From Deltaproteobacteria bacterium (GTDB lineage: Bacteria > Myxococcota_A > Polyangia > Fen-1088), in NCBI GenBank assembly GCA_033763315.1, contig JANRKS010000034.1:340-64339 (forward strand): 64,000 nucleotides of DNA, written 5' to 3'. Of the stretch, positions 44,178 through 55,687 are shown piece by piece. Under the pieces are notes generated by a model that saw nothing but the letters and a program-made list of their open reading frames with translations, made no database searches and was not told where the DNA came from. The stretch's first letter is position 1; the number at the start of each line of letters is the position of its first letter. The translations under genes were made by a program, and so were the position numbers.

Positions 44178-45686
44178 TTGTTCCGCGAACGAAGCCAAAG
44201 TAACGGTGGCGAGAGCCTGATGTTGCAGAATCTGCACTTTCGCGCGAGCATGCACGGCATGCCGCCATCTGGCCGGGTTGGGTTCGAGTTCAGCTTTTCC
44301 ACGGGAAAACCCGCGCCCACGCGGCCCGTGGGTCAACGCCTGCGGCTGTTGTTCCTCGCCAACTTCGCGGGCCAATCGTTGCCACCATTCACCGTGAAGA
44401 AAGTCAATGGCGATGATTTGGATGGCCTCGTCGCGGCGTTCTCACCGCAGGTGCACGTGGCCTTCAACAACGAATCTCCCGCCACGCTATCCTTCGCGTC
44501 GCTCGACGACTTCGCTCCAGACGAACTGTTGCGACGCGTGCCTGTGCTTATGGATTTGCAGCGCACGCGGGCTGAATTGTTGAACCCTGCCACGTTCGCT
44601 GCCACAGCGGCGCGTTTGGGCCTTGCGCAAACAACAGCGGCGCAGCCCACGCCCCCAGCACCCACCTCACTTTTTGCAGGTTTGTTGGGTGGTGAAGTCG
44701 CAAAGCCTTCCATTCCCCCTGCGCCTTCACCATCCGGCCTTGATGCCGTGCTCGCTCGCGCTGTTGCACCACACATCGTGCCCGCAGCGGATCCGCAGCA
44801 GAAATCACTCGTGTCGGTGGTTGACCAAAACCTCGCGGATGCTTTGCGATCTGTTCTTCATACGCCTGCGTTTGCGTCTGTGGAGGCCGCGTGGCGGGGG
44901 CTGCAACGCGTGGTTGAGGCGTTCTCTGGCGATCCGAGCGTGGAGCTGTGGGTTGCGTCCGCGCCGCCGGAAGTTCTGCTGGCTGACGCCGTAAAGCTGC
45001 AAACGAATCTGGACGCATCTTTGCTTGGCACGCTGTTGTGCGGTGAAGACGCGGCATGGTCGATGGTGATTGTCGACCACATGTTCGGACGTAGCGTGGA
45101 TGATCTCATCGCGCTTGGTGCCTTGGGCGCTTTGGCAGGTCGTGCGGGCATTTGTGCGGTGGCCAGTGGCGATGCGGCTTTGGCCGGCGGCGCAGCGTCT
45201 GATGTTCAGGAGCTTTGGCAAACGCTGCGGCAAAGTCCGCTTGCGCCGCACCTCGCTCTGGTTCATCCGCGGCTGCTGTTGCGATTGCCCTATGGTCCGC
45301 GGCGAAACGAGGTTCAGTCCTTCCCCTTCGACGAGCTTGGCACCCAAACCGAGCCCCCACCCCAACGCCTCCTGTGGGGCTCGGGCGCATGGGCGGTGGC
45401 AGGCGTCTTGGCGCGTTCCTTCACCGAGGATCCGGACGATTTGCCACTGGGGGCCAGTGCCGAGGTGGATGGCATTCCCACGCTGGTGTTTGTTGACAAG
45501 CACGGTGACAAGCAACTTTATCCCAGCTGTGAGTCGTGGCTTAGCGAGACGCAGGCGCAGACTCTGTTGGGTTCCGGCCTGATCCCGTTGGTTGGTAACC
45601 GTAGCTTGGCGCAAGCGTCGCTCTTCCGGCTGCAATCCATTGCCCAGCCGCCCCAGCCCTTGTGGCTCCGTAAGGTGAGCGCGTAG
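44178..45686 (+). CDS. T6SS sheath-like protein: TssB (VipA) and TssC (VipB) fused in one ORF, with the TssC C-terminal region absent.
   Basis: Aligned by eye to V. cholerae VipA/VipB as recalled from memory. The TssB part has RLRLLFLANFAG (VipA PLKTLVVGDFKG) and LSFASLDDFAPDELLRRVPVLMDLQRTRAEL (VipA LNFKSLADFAPDAVASQVPELKKLIELREAL). A Pro-rich linker follows. The TssC part has KSLVSVVDQNL...FASVEAAWRGLQRVVE (VipB KSLVDQMLVEL...FQAMESAWRGLKLFVD), LIALGALGALAGRAG (LQYMGALGAMAHAP), LALVHPRLLLRLPYGPRRNEVQSFPFDE (LTAPRFLLRVPYDPIENPVKSFNYAE), LLWGSGAWAVAGVLARSF (YLWGNTAFAFATRLTDSF), and IPTLVFVDKHGDK...LIPLVGNRSLAQASLF (LPVHVFESMGAL...FIALTMRKGSDNAAFF). The ORF stops where VipB has about 120 more residues, and the next gene starts 16 nt later. 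The start may be 44250 (MHGMPPSGRV) rather than 44178. Confidence 0.7.
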   Translation: MFRERSQSNGGESLMLQNLHFRASMHGMPPSGRVGFEFSFSTGKPAPTRPVGQRLRLLFLANFAGQSLPPFTVKKVNGDDLDGLVAAFSPQVHVAFNNESPATLSFASLDDFAPDELLRRVPVLMDLQRTRAELLNPATFAATAARLGLAQTTAAQPTPPAPTSLFAGLLGGEVAKPSIPPAPSPSGLDAVLARAVAPHIVPAADPQQKSLVSVVDQNLADALRSVLHTPAFASVEAAWRGLQRVVEAFSGDPSVELWVASAPPEVLLADAVKLQTNLDASLLGTLLCGEDAAWSMVIVDHMFGRSVDDLIALGALGALAGRAGICAVASGDAALAGGAASDVQELWQTLRQSPLAPHLALVHPRLLLRLPYGPRRNEVQSFPFDELGTQTEPPPQRLLWGSGAWAVAGVLARSFTEDPDDLPLGASAEVDGIPTLVFVDKHGDKQLYPSCESWLSETQAQTLLGSGLIPLVGNRSLAQASLFRLQSIAQPPQPLWLRKVSA

Positions 45687-45701
45687 CAAATACCGTTTGC
45701 T

Positions 45702-47723
45702 TTGAACCGGAAGGCCCTTCGGGTAACCTGCCAGGCAGTGCCTGGTTGCCCCGCCTGTGACGTTGAGCTTTCCGATCCCAGCCTGCGGTTTTGCAGTGCG
45801 TGCGGGCACGATCTCAAACCGAAGGCCATTGAAGACGAGTTTGACGGTCTGATCGGCAAGATCGTCGACGCGCGCTACAAGGTCCTTGGCCGCATCGGCT
45901 CCGGGGGGATGGGCGTCGTTTACCGCGTCGAGCATGTTCGCATGGGTAAGGTGGCCGCGATGAAAGTGTTGCGCCGCGATTTGGTTGACGACGCCCAAGC
46001 CGCGCGCCGCTTCGTGCGGGAGGTGGAGGTGGTGAGCAAACTTGACCACCCCAACATCGTTCAAACGTTCGATTTCGGCGAATGGCGTGGGCTGCTTTAC
46101 CTCGTGATGGAATTGGTGCGCGGCGAAGATCTCGCAGCGCTTGTGCGGCGTGATGGCCCGTTGTCGTTAAGCCGCGCCTTGCCGCTGTTTTCGCAAGTGT
46201 GTCGCGCGCTTGATGAAGCGCACCACGCGGGCGTGATTCACCGCGATCTCAAGCCCGACAACATTGTCGTCTTTAGCCGCCGCGAAGGCGAGCACGTGAA
46301 AGTGTTGGACTTCGGGTTGGCCAAACTGCGCGAACGTCCCGGCATGGCTGAAGTGACGGGGGCGGGCAGTCTGGTGGGCACACCCTATTACATGGCGCCC
46401 GAACAAGTGCGCAGCGAGCCCGTGGACGAACGCACCGACATCTACGCTCTGGGGGCCACGATTTATCGCGTGGTCACGGGCACGCCCGCGTTCTCGGGTG
46501 ATTCGCCTATGGCGATCTTAACCCGCCATATCACCGATCCTGTTGAACCACCCAGCGTGCGACGTCCCGGGCTGCCATTGGCGTTGGATCACCTGGTGCT
46601 CAAGGCCATGGCGAAAGATCCCGCCAACCGTTTTGCCACGGCAACCGAGATGCGCGAAGCCATCGACGCGCTTTTGACGGCCCGTATTGCCGCCAATGAA
46701 CACAGCCAACCTTTGCCCTCGTGGGTTGAGAATCCTGTCACCGCCAGCGCGGAGATGCCCCGCAGCACCACCGCTGTCACTGCGGTGGCCATGCCCAAGC
46801 CTGATGACAGCGATCCGCTCACGCGCCTGCGTCGCGAGGATCTTGATGATTTCGAACGCAGCCTGAAGCGCCGCCGTCTGTTTCTGCAGCTGGGCGTGCC
46901 GCTCGCGGTGATAGTGTGTGCATGGGCCGGGTGGCGTTGGATCATTGCCCCACCCGAGCAAGCCGGGCCTACGGAAGAAGAGCCCAACGATTCGGCACGC
47001 ACAGCAAACTTGGCAGCAAATTCCACGCCCATCTTCGGCCAGCTTGGCTCCGAGAAGGCGGATGGAACGCCCGACTTTGATTACTACCGCATCCCTGCAG
47101 GGAACACGCCGCGCACGCTGTTCGCGTCAGTCAGTGGCGTCAACGAGATCAACTTGGTGCTAGAGCTGTTCGATTCAGCCGGCGCGTTGGTCGGAAAATC
47201 AGATGGCGGGGGCGAAGGAGCCGGAGAAACCTTAGGGCCTTTGCACATCGGCGCGAATGAAGCGTTTTTGCGCGTGAGGCCGCTGTGGCACGAGGGACAA
47301 GATTCGAACACCGTGACTTCGCAAACGCCTTACGCGATCCGAACCTCATGGGGAAAGCCTTCCGCGGATGCTGAACTTGAACCCAACGATGTGAGGACAC
47401 AAGCCTCGCCCTTGTTATTGGATACCGCCACAACGGGGCACCTGTCGTCGGTGCAAGACGTTGATTGGTTCGTGGTCAACGGTGATCCAGGCGGCCGCAT
47501 CACGCTCACCTTAGAACCAAGCGCCGAGCTGCCCGTCCTGGTTGAATCACCGAACACGAAACAAAAACTTGTGGCCAGCGCCGACGCCGCATCCATGCCT
47601 TTGGTCTTCCCCAACGATGGTCGGATCTTTGTGTCAGCCAGGCAGTCGGCACACAAAAAAGACGCCGACGTTGATCGCACGGCGCCCTACGCCCTCATCG
47701 TTCGCAAAGCGTCGCGCGAATAA
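45702..47723 (+). CDS. Membrane Ser/Thr protein kinase: N-terminal zinc ribbon, Hanks-type kinase, one TM, and two extracytoplasmic PPC (pre-peptidase C-terminal)-like domains.
   Basis: CPACDVELSDPSLRFCSACGHDL (Zn ribbon). GSGGMGVVYRVEH...AAMKVL (glycine loop/VAIK), HRDLKPDNIV, DFGLAK, YMAPE. TM LFLQLGVPLAVIVCAWAGWRWII. C-terminal DFDYYRIP... and EPNDV...GHLSSVQDVDWFVV are PPC-like. Confidence 0.85.
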   Translation: MNRKALRVTCQAVPGCPACDVELSDPSLRFCSACGHDLKPKAIEDEFDGLIGKIVDARYKVLGRIGSGGMGVVYRVEHVRMGKVAAMKVLRRDLVDDAQAARRFVREVEVVSKLDHPNIVQTFDFGEWRGLLYLVMELVRGEDLAALVRRDGPLSLSRALPLFSQVCRALDEAHHAGVIHRDLKPDNIVVFSRREGEHVKVLDFGLAKLRERPGMAEVTGAGSLVGTPYYMAPEQVRSEPVDERTDIYALGATIYRVVTGTPAFSGDSPMAILTRHITDPVEPPSVRRPGLPLALDHLVLKAMAKDPANRFATATEMREAIDALLTARIAANEHSQPLPSWVENPVTASAEMPRSTTAVTAVAMPKPDDSDPLTRLRREDLDDFERSLKRRRLFLQLGVPLAVIVCAWAGWRWIIAPPEQAGPTEEEPNDSARTANLAANSTPIFGQLGSEKADGTPDFDYYRIPAGNTPRTLFASVSGVNEINLVLELFDSAGALVGKSDGGGEGAGETLGPLHIGANEAFLRVRPLWHEGQDSNTVTSQTPYAIRTSWGKPSADAELEPNDVRTQASPLLLDTATTGHLSSVQDVDWFVVNGDPGGRITLTLEPSAELPVLVESPNTKQKLVASADAASMPLVFPNDGRIFVSARQSAHKKDADVDRTAPYALIVRKASRE

Positions 47724-47728
47724 AAAAC

Positions 47729-47777
47729 AAAAGGCGCGTCGGCGTCGCTTCTTTCGAGCGGGCCAAACGCGCCTTTT
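47729..47777. terminator. Bidirectional terminator candidate between the convergent kinase and hpf genes.
   Basis: An 11-nt perfect inverted repeat aaaaggcgcgt...acgcgcctttt (GC core GGCGCG/CGCGCC). An A-run lies on one side and a T-run on the other, so it can act on either strand. The loop is long (~28 nt). Confidence 0.4.
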
Positions 47778-47796
47778 CTATCGACCATTGTGCGCT

Positions 47797-48123
47797 TTAC
47801 GCGGCAACCGCCTCCTCGTGCAGTTTGCGGCGGCTCGCGCGCTTGCGGTTCTTGTCGCGCCGTCGCTGTTCAACCAGCTTGTTAACCGCCATGTGCATGG
47901 CGTGTGAAAACGTCTCTGCTGACGCCGTCACGGTATAGAAGCGATCATGCGCGTGAAGATTGCAATGCACCACCGGTGCCTGCACATGTCCATCTGCATC
48001 CAACGCCCATTCCACATACTCGATGCGTTTGAAGTACTTCGGGAGACGCTCTGAAAGCTCTTGCGCCAACCTTCGGTGACCAGCCCTCACATCATCGCAT
48101 CGGGACACGATCGTCACGACCAT
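47797..48123 (-). CDS. hpf: Ribosome hibernation promoting factor / RaiA (YfiA-HPF family, short form).
   Basis: 108 aa. MVVTIVSR.DDV...LPKYFKRIEYVEWAL...YTVTASAETFSHAMHMAVNKLVEQRRRDKNRKR aligns with E. coli HPF (MQLNITGNNVEIT...LEQYFDRINQVYVVL...YAAIDGLIDKLARQLTKHKDKLK). Confidence 0.65.
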   Translation of the reverse strand: MVVTIVSRCDDVRAGHRRLAQELSERLPKYFKRIEYVEWALDADGHVQAPVVHCNLHAHDRFYTVTASAETFSHAMHMAVNKLVEQRRRDKNRKRASRRKLHEEAVAA

Positions 48124-48501
48124 TGCATTCCTCCTTCATTGTTGAAACACACGCACTGGAGAAATTCTTCCGGCGAAAAAGCGGCTGGCGCCGAGGCACG
48201 CCGTCACTCCAAAACATCGCCCTACATAACTATTTAGGTCCCGTTTTTTGAGGTCGTCAAACATAAAAGCAGAATTACCTCGAAGCTTTTTAATGCCCGC
48301 ATTCAGTGTCGTGAGGTTACTCACCAACGGCAGCACAGCATTTCTCAGAAGCCGTGGCGCTTTCGTGAGTTAGGTCGGTGTGCCTTAACTAGAAGCCCAA
48401 ACGAAACAAAAGGGTCACTCGTGAGGTTTAGACACGAATGACCCTTCATGAAGCGACATATGCCGTGCGCGTGACGCGCGGTCGACGCGAGAGACTTTGC
48501 C

Positions 48502-48861
48502 TTAAGCCGCCATCGGCTGCTCTTGGCGGCAGCTGCGACGTTCGGTCTCAAGGTGCAACAGGGCAGCGTCAAGGCTGCGAACAACCTCAAGGGCCTGATG
48601 CACGCTCCAGGCTTGCTTCAGTAAAACGTTGCTGCGCATCTCCACGGGCACGGTGGTAAAGATCTGTCTGAAGCCTGCAATCGCCTTTTGTAACTCGTCG
48701 TTGGCTTGTGCGCGCGCCTTCTGCAGTTCTTCAACGGCGTGGTCGAGCACCGCGTTTGTGCGCTCGGTGATGGACGCCGGGAGGGAATCCTGCACGTCCT
48801 GGGGACCGCTGGCCTCAACCTCTGATGTCACGTGAATCATGTTGTCCTCCCCCTTTTGCAA
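48502..48861 (-). CDS. Hypothetical small protein (predicted helical).
   Basis: 119-aa ORF (possible start at MIHVTSE, 48840) with no recognisable motif. It sits downstream of the sigma/anti-sigma operon with a nested palindrome in its upstream region. Confidence 0.3.
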   Translation of the reverse strand: MQKGEDNMIHVTSEVEASGPQDVQDSLPASITERTNAVLDHAVEELQKARAQANDELQKAIAGFRQIFTTVPVEMRSNVLLKQAWSVHQALEVVRSLDAALLHLETERRSCRQEQPMAA

Positions 48862-49040
48862 ACCTCAGGCCACCCTGTATTTTCTCTAACTTCTCTCTAA
48901 CTTGCTGTATTTGCTTCCACTTGGGCCCAGCCCCCGGTTCAGGGCGGAGGCTTGGTGTACCTCAAGGGCACATGACCTGTGACATAGATGTCATCCAGTC
49001 ACAGGCGCTTCGCAAAAATCTATCGAACGCGGGGTGCGTC

Positions 49041-49868
49041 CTATCTTGCGAAGGCGCTCTCAAGTACGTGCGAGAGGGTGTCCTCGTCGAGGTCCGACGT
49101 CAAGACATAGTTTAGGCCATCGCGGCCACGGAAAGCGGCCGTAGAGGCTCCCTGGCCACTGCCAAAGTACACATCGCGACCACCGACCACACGGTGGCGA
49201 GGCCCCTCAAGCGACTCGTCATCGCCCTCAAACACCATCACATTGATACGGTGCTGGGCACCCATCTTGTAGGTCAGGTAGGCGCCGAAGTTATCGCGCA
49301 CGTTGATGATGCGGCCGCCCTGGCAATGCGGGCTTTCGTCATTGACCGATTCCACTGACGACGAAGTCACAGACGCAGGCAGTGCACCCTCAATTTGCGG
49401 CGGGTGCACTGTAAAGCCGAGTCGCCCACGGAACCACGAGGCCACGCGGTTACAGTCAGGGGTTTCCACGTCCATCGGCAGTTCGACGCTGTGGGCGCGG
49501 AGGGCTTGCTGGATCACTGGCGTCTGTGACGCCTTTTGGTGCCCTGTCAAAACCACCAGCACGGCCACCACAGCGACGGCTCCGAAGGCGGGCGTCAGCC
49601 GGGGAAACGCCAGCCAGCCCCAAGCGCTCGGCCTGTCCTCTTGGCCCGCGGTTGCCAATGTCACCGCCACTTTGCGTTCCAGGGCCGCCGGCAAAGCAGG
49701 GCGGGGCAGGTGGCTGCGTAGGGCCGACTTAAACCTGGCCTGCGCCTTTACAGCGCCGGCGCAAGCGCTGCATTCCAACAGATGCATCTCGAACGAATGC
49801 CGATCCTCCCCAGCCAATTCGCCGTCGAGAAATGCATGCACCAAGGGCTCGGACTGGGCGCACATCAC
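49041..49868 (-). CDS. Membrane-anchored anti-sigma factor (zf-HC2 / RskA-like) for the adjacent ECF sigma.
   Basis: HAFLDGEL...HLLECSACA is the zf-HC2 anti-sigma motif (H-x3-C-x2-C). TM AVAVVAVLVVLTG, then a periplasmic C-terminal domain. Its start overlaps the sigma gene's stop by 4 nt. Confidence 0.7.
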   Translation of the reverse strand: MMCAQSEPLVHAFLDGELAGEDRHSFEMHLLECSACAGAVKAQARFKSALRSHLPRPALPAALERKVAVTLATAGQEDRPSAWGWLAFPRLTPAFGAVAVVAVLVVLTGHQKASQTPVIQQALRAHSVELPMDVETPDCNRVASWFRGRLGFTVHPPQIEGALPASVTSSSVESVNDESPHCQGGRIINVRDNFGAYLTYKMGAQHRINVMVFEGDDESLEGPRHRVVGGRDVYFGSGQGASTAAFRGRDGLNYVLTSDLDEDTLSHVLESAFAR

Positions 49869-50527
49869 GACGCACCCCCGCTTTTGTTTTTGCGGTAGGT
49901 CGCCATGTCTATCGGGGCGGCTGTGGGTGAGGCCTCGCTGGCCAGGTTTGCCGCCGTTTCGGCGGACAAAATGCCCTGCTCAAGCGCGTAGGTCACAAGT
50001 TGTTTTTGCAGCAATTTGCGCCCCCGGTAAAGGCGACTCATCACGGTGCCAGCGGGGCAGTCCATGATTTCTGCGATCTCCTTGTAAGAAAAATCTTCCA
50101 GGTCGGCCAGGATCACAGCCAAACGGAATTCAGCAGGGACGGCTTCCAAGGCAGCCTCAACGTCCTTGGACACCATTCGCCCGAGGATGTTGGCTTCATG
50201 GCTCTCAGGAACCGCCGGCGTGAACTGCCCCAAGTTTGCCGTGGACGATTCGGCTTCGTTCAGGATCTCCTGCTCACGCTCGCGCTCGCGGTATTTGTTG
50301 CGAAATACGTTCGTCATGATGCGGAACAGCCACGCCTTGCAGTTGGTGCCAGGCTCGAAGCTGTCGAAGAACCGATAGGCCCGCAGAAGGGCGTCTTGCA
50401 CCAGATCTTCGGCGTCACCGGGGCTGTGCGTCAATCGAAGCGCCGCGCCGTAAAGGGCTTGCATGTGGGGCAAAGCCTCACGCTCAAACTCGCCGCGGCT
50501 GGGTTTTCTTTTGAACAAGGCCATCAC
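49865..50527 (-). CDS. ECF (sigma-70 family group IV) RNA polymerase sigma factor.
   Basis: Region 2: DAEDLVQDALLRAYRFFDSF...AWLFRIMTNVFRNKYR. Region 4: LAVILADLEDFSYKEIAEIMDCPAGTVMSRLYRGRKLL. Confidence 0.85.
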   Translation of the reverse strand: MMALFKRKPSRGEFEREALPHMQALYGAALRLTHSPGDAEDLVQDALLRAYRFFDSFEPGTNCKAWLFRIMTNVFRNKYREREREQEILNEAESSTANLGQFTPAVPESHEANILGRMVSKDVEAALEAVPAEFRLAVILADLEDFSYKEIAEIMDCPAGTVMSRLYRGRKLLQKQLVTYALEQGILSAETAANLASEASPTAAPIDMATYRKNKSGGAS

Positions 50528-50607
50528 AATCTTTGTAACGGCTGGGCATTCGCCGTTATTCCCAGTTTACAGCGTCCTGCAAAGCTGGGAAGCCCGGCGG
50601 TTTCACG

Positions 50608-53679
<3,072 letters not shown>

Positions 53680-53804
53680 AGTGACGAAGGTCCTTTCCGC
53701 CGGCCGTTGACCATATGCGGGAGGGGCCCCCTGCGCAAGGCGAACCGGGGTCGTCCTGGCGCTGAGGCGCTAGGTGGGGGCGCCTCAGCGTGACAGTTCG
53801 GTGT

Positions 53805-54707
53805 CTAGGGCGTTGTGCCGGTGGCGACGGCTTTGCCCATCACGTGGTAGCCCTTGTCGACGTACACGGTTGTGCCCGTGATGCCCGCGCCCAAGGGGCT
53901 GGCCAAAAAGGCAGCCGTGCTTCCCACTTCCTTGGCGCTCACACACTCAGGCAAGGGCGAATTGGCGGTGCAGTATTGAATCATGTCGTGAATGAAGCCA
54001 ATGGCCGAGGCCGCCCGCGACGCCCAAGGGCCGGCTGAAAGCACGTTCACGCGCACGCCATATTTGCGTCCCGCTTCGTAAGCCAACACGCGCGTGTCGC
54101 TCTCCAACGCCGCTTTGGCCGACGACATACCGCCGCCGTACCCGGGAATCACGCGTTCAGAAGCCATGTAGGTGAGCGCCAAAAAGGATCCACCTGGTCG
54201 CATAAGCGGGCTTAACCGCTGCACCATGGAGGCGTACGAATAAGCACTGACGCCCACCGCCGCTAGGTAGCCTTTGCGCGAGGTCTCAAGCAGGGGCTTT
54301 TTGACTTCAGGACCGTTCGCCAGGCTGTGCACCACGATGTCCAAGCAGCCGTCGCCGAAATCGGCCTTGAGGCGGTCAGCCAGCCCCGCGATGCTGCAAT
54401 CGCCGAGATCGCGGTAGCGCTTTGATTCTCGCACCTCGGCCGGCACGTCTTCGGCCACGTCGAAATCCGCATCCAACGGGTAGATGCGCTCGAACGCCAG
54501 CTTGCCGCCGTCGGACATCACTAAAGATTCGTCCAATTTGCCGCGCTCAAGCATGGTCTTGAAGATGCCCAGAGCCGGCGGCCACGTGCCCAAGCACACC
54601 GACGCGCCGGCCTCGGCCAACGATTTGGCGATGGCGAAACCAAAGCCTCCATCGTCAGCAACACCGGCCACGAACGCACGCTTACCTTTGAGATTGATGC
54701 CCAACAT
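53805..54707 (-). CDS. fabI: Enoyl-[acyl-carrier-protein] reductase (NADH), FabI.
   Basis: LKGKRAFVAGVADDGGFGFAIAKSLAEAGA (FabI-specific Rossmann start), catalytic Y-x6-K region (YMASERVIPGYGGGMSSAKAALE), C-terminal VYVDKGYHVMG. Confidence 0.85.
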   Translation of the reverse strand: MLGINLKGKRAFVAGVADDGGFGFAIAKSLAEAGASVCLGTWPPALGIFKTMLERGKLDESLVMSDGGKLAFERIYPLDADFDVAEDVPAEVRESKRYRDLGDCSIAGLADRLKADFGDGCLDIVVHSLANGPEVKKPLLETSRKGYLAAVGVSAYSYASMVQRLSPLMRPGGSFLALTYMASERVIPGYGGGMSSAKAALESDTRVLAYEAGRKYGVRVNVLSAGPWASRAASAIGFIHDMIQYCTANSPLPECVSAKEVGSTAAFLASPLGAGITGTTVYVDKGYHVMGKAVATGTTP

Positions 54708-54752
54708 GGGGCCGATGCTTCCCCCAGCGGGGGCGCGTGGTCAAGGGGGCAA

Positions 54753-55559
54753 ATGCGAATGTCGCCAGGCGGGCGGCTTCCGCGTATAGATGCCAGCGTG
54801 CCAGATTCGCAATCACCTAAAGGCCTGCCGCCAGGGCAAGGGGAACGTGTGGCCAAGGTTTTGGCCCGTGCGGGCGTGGCCTCGCGGCGTGAAGTTGAAC
54901 GCATGATCGAGCAGGGCCGCATCTGCAAAGACGGCGTGGTTTTGACCTCGCCAGCGTTTTTGGTGGCGGGGGTGGCTGGGCTGGCGGTGGATGGCCGGCC
55001 CATTGAGGCTGTGGAGACGACGCGCATGTGGCGCTTTCACAAGCCATTCGGCGTCGTAACCACGCACTACGATCCGCAGGGGCGTCCCACCGTTTTTGAT
55101 CAATTGCCTGGTGAGCTGCCGCGCGTGATCTCTGTGGGGCGGCTTGATCAAAACACGGAAGGGTTGCTGTTGCTCACCAACGATGGTGAGCTGGCGCGGT
55201 GGTTGGAATTGCCGTCGTCGGGGTGGCAGCGGCAATATCGTGTGCGCGTCTCGGGCTTTGTGGATCCGTTTGCGCTCGTCGCGATCGAACAAGGTGTGAC
55301 GATCGATGGTGTGCAATACGGCCCCGTGCACGCCAACATAGAACCTACGCCCACCCGCGATGGTGTGTGGTTGTCGATCGTGATTACGGAAGGCAAGAAC
55401 CGTGAAGTGCGCAAGATTTTGCGTCACCTGGGGCTTTCGATCCTTCAGCTGATGCGCGTGGCGTTCGGGCCATTCACTTTGGGCGCGCTGCCTGTGGGGC
55501 AAGTTGAAGAGGTGCCACACACCGAGGTCGCCGCGTTTGTGGCGCAGCGGCCTCGCTGA
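54753..55559 (+). CDS. RsuA/RluB-family pseudouridine synthase (S4 domain + catalytic domain).
   Basis: S4 domain ERVAKVLARAGVASRREVERMIEQGRI. Catalytic VISVGRLDQNTEGLLLLTNDGELA. C-terminal EGKNREVRKILRHLG. Confidence 0.8.
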   Translation: MRMSPGGRLPRIDASVPDSQSPKGLPPGQGERVAKVLARAGVASRREVERMIEQGRICKDGVVLTSPAFLVAGVAGLAVDGRPIEAVETTRMWRFHKPFGVVTTHYDPQGRPTVFDQLPGELPRVISVGRLDQNTEGLLLLTNDGELARWLELPSSGWQRQYRVRVSGFVDPFALVAIEQGVTIDGVQYGPVHANIEPTPTRDGVWLSIVITEGKNREVRKILRHLGLSILQLMRVAFGPFTLGALPVGQVEEVPHTEVAAFVAQRPR

Positions 55560-55687
55560 TTCTCGGTGGGCTTAATTGGCAGAGCCAGGCGCGAACGCGG
55601 TGCGCAAAGGGGGGGCCGTGACTTATTCTGCAACCAACCGGGCACCTGCAGTGATCGAATTGCCAGTGTCGCGATACTTGAATCAAC

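Noticed and set aside
48136-48336. 66-aa minus-strand ORF in the AT-rich hpf upstream region.
   Set aside because: It has low-complexity composition and lies in a probable promoter/leader region. No motif. Kept only as part of the regulatory-region finding.
50535-50563. ECF-type promoter-like GGAATAA-N16-CGTTAC on the minus strand upstream of the sigma gene.
   Set aside because: The -10-like element ends only ~8 nt from the annotated ATG, leaving no room for a leader or ribosome-binding site unless the transcript is leaderless. Not reported as a feature.
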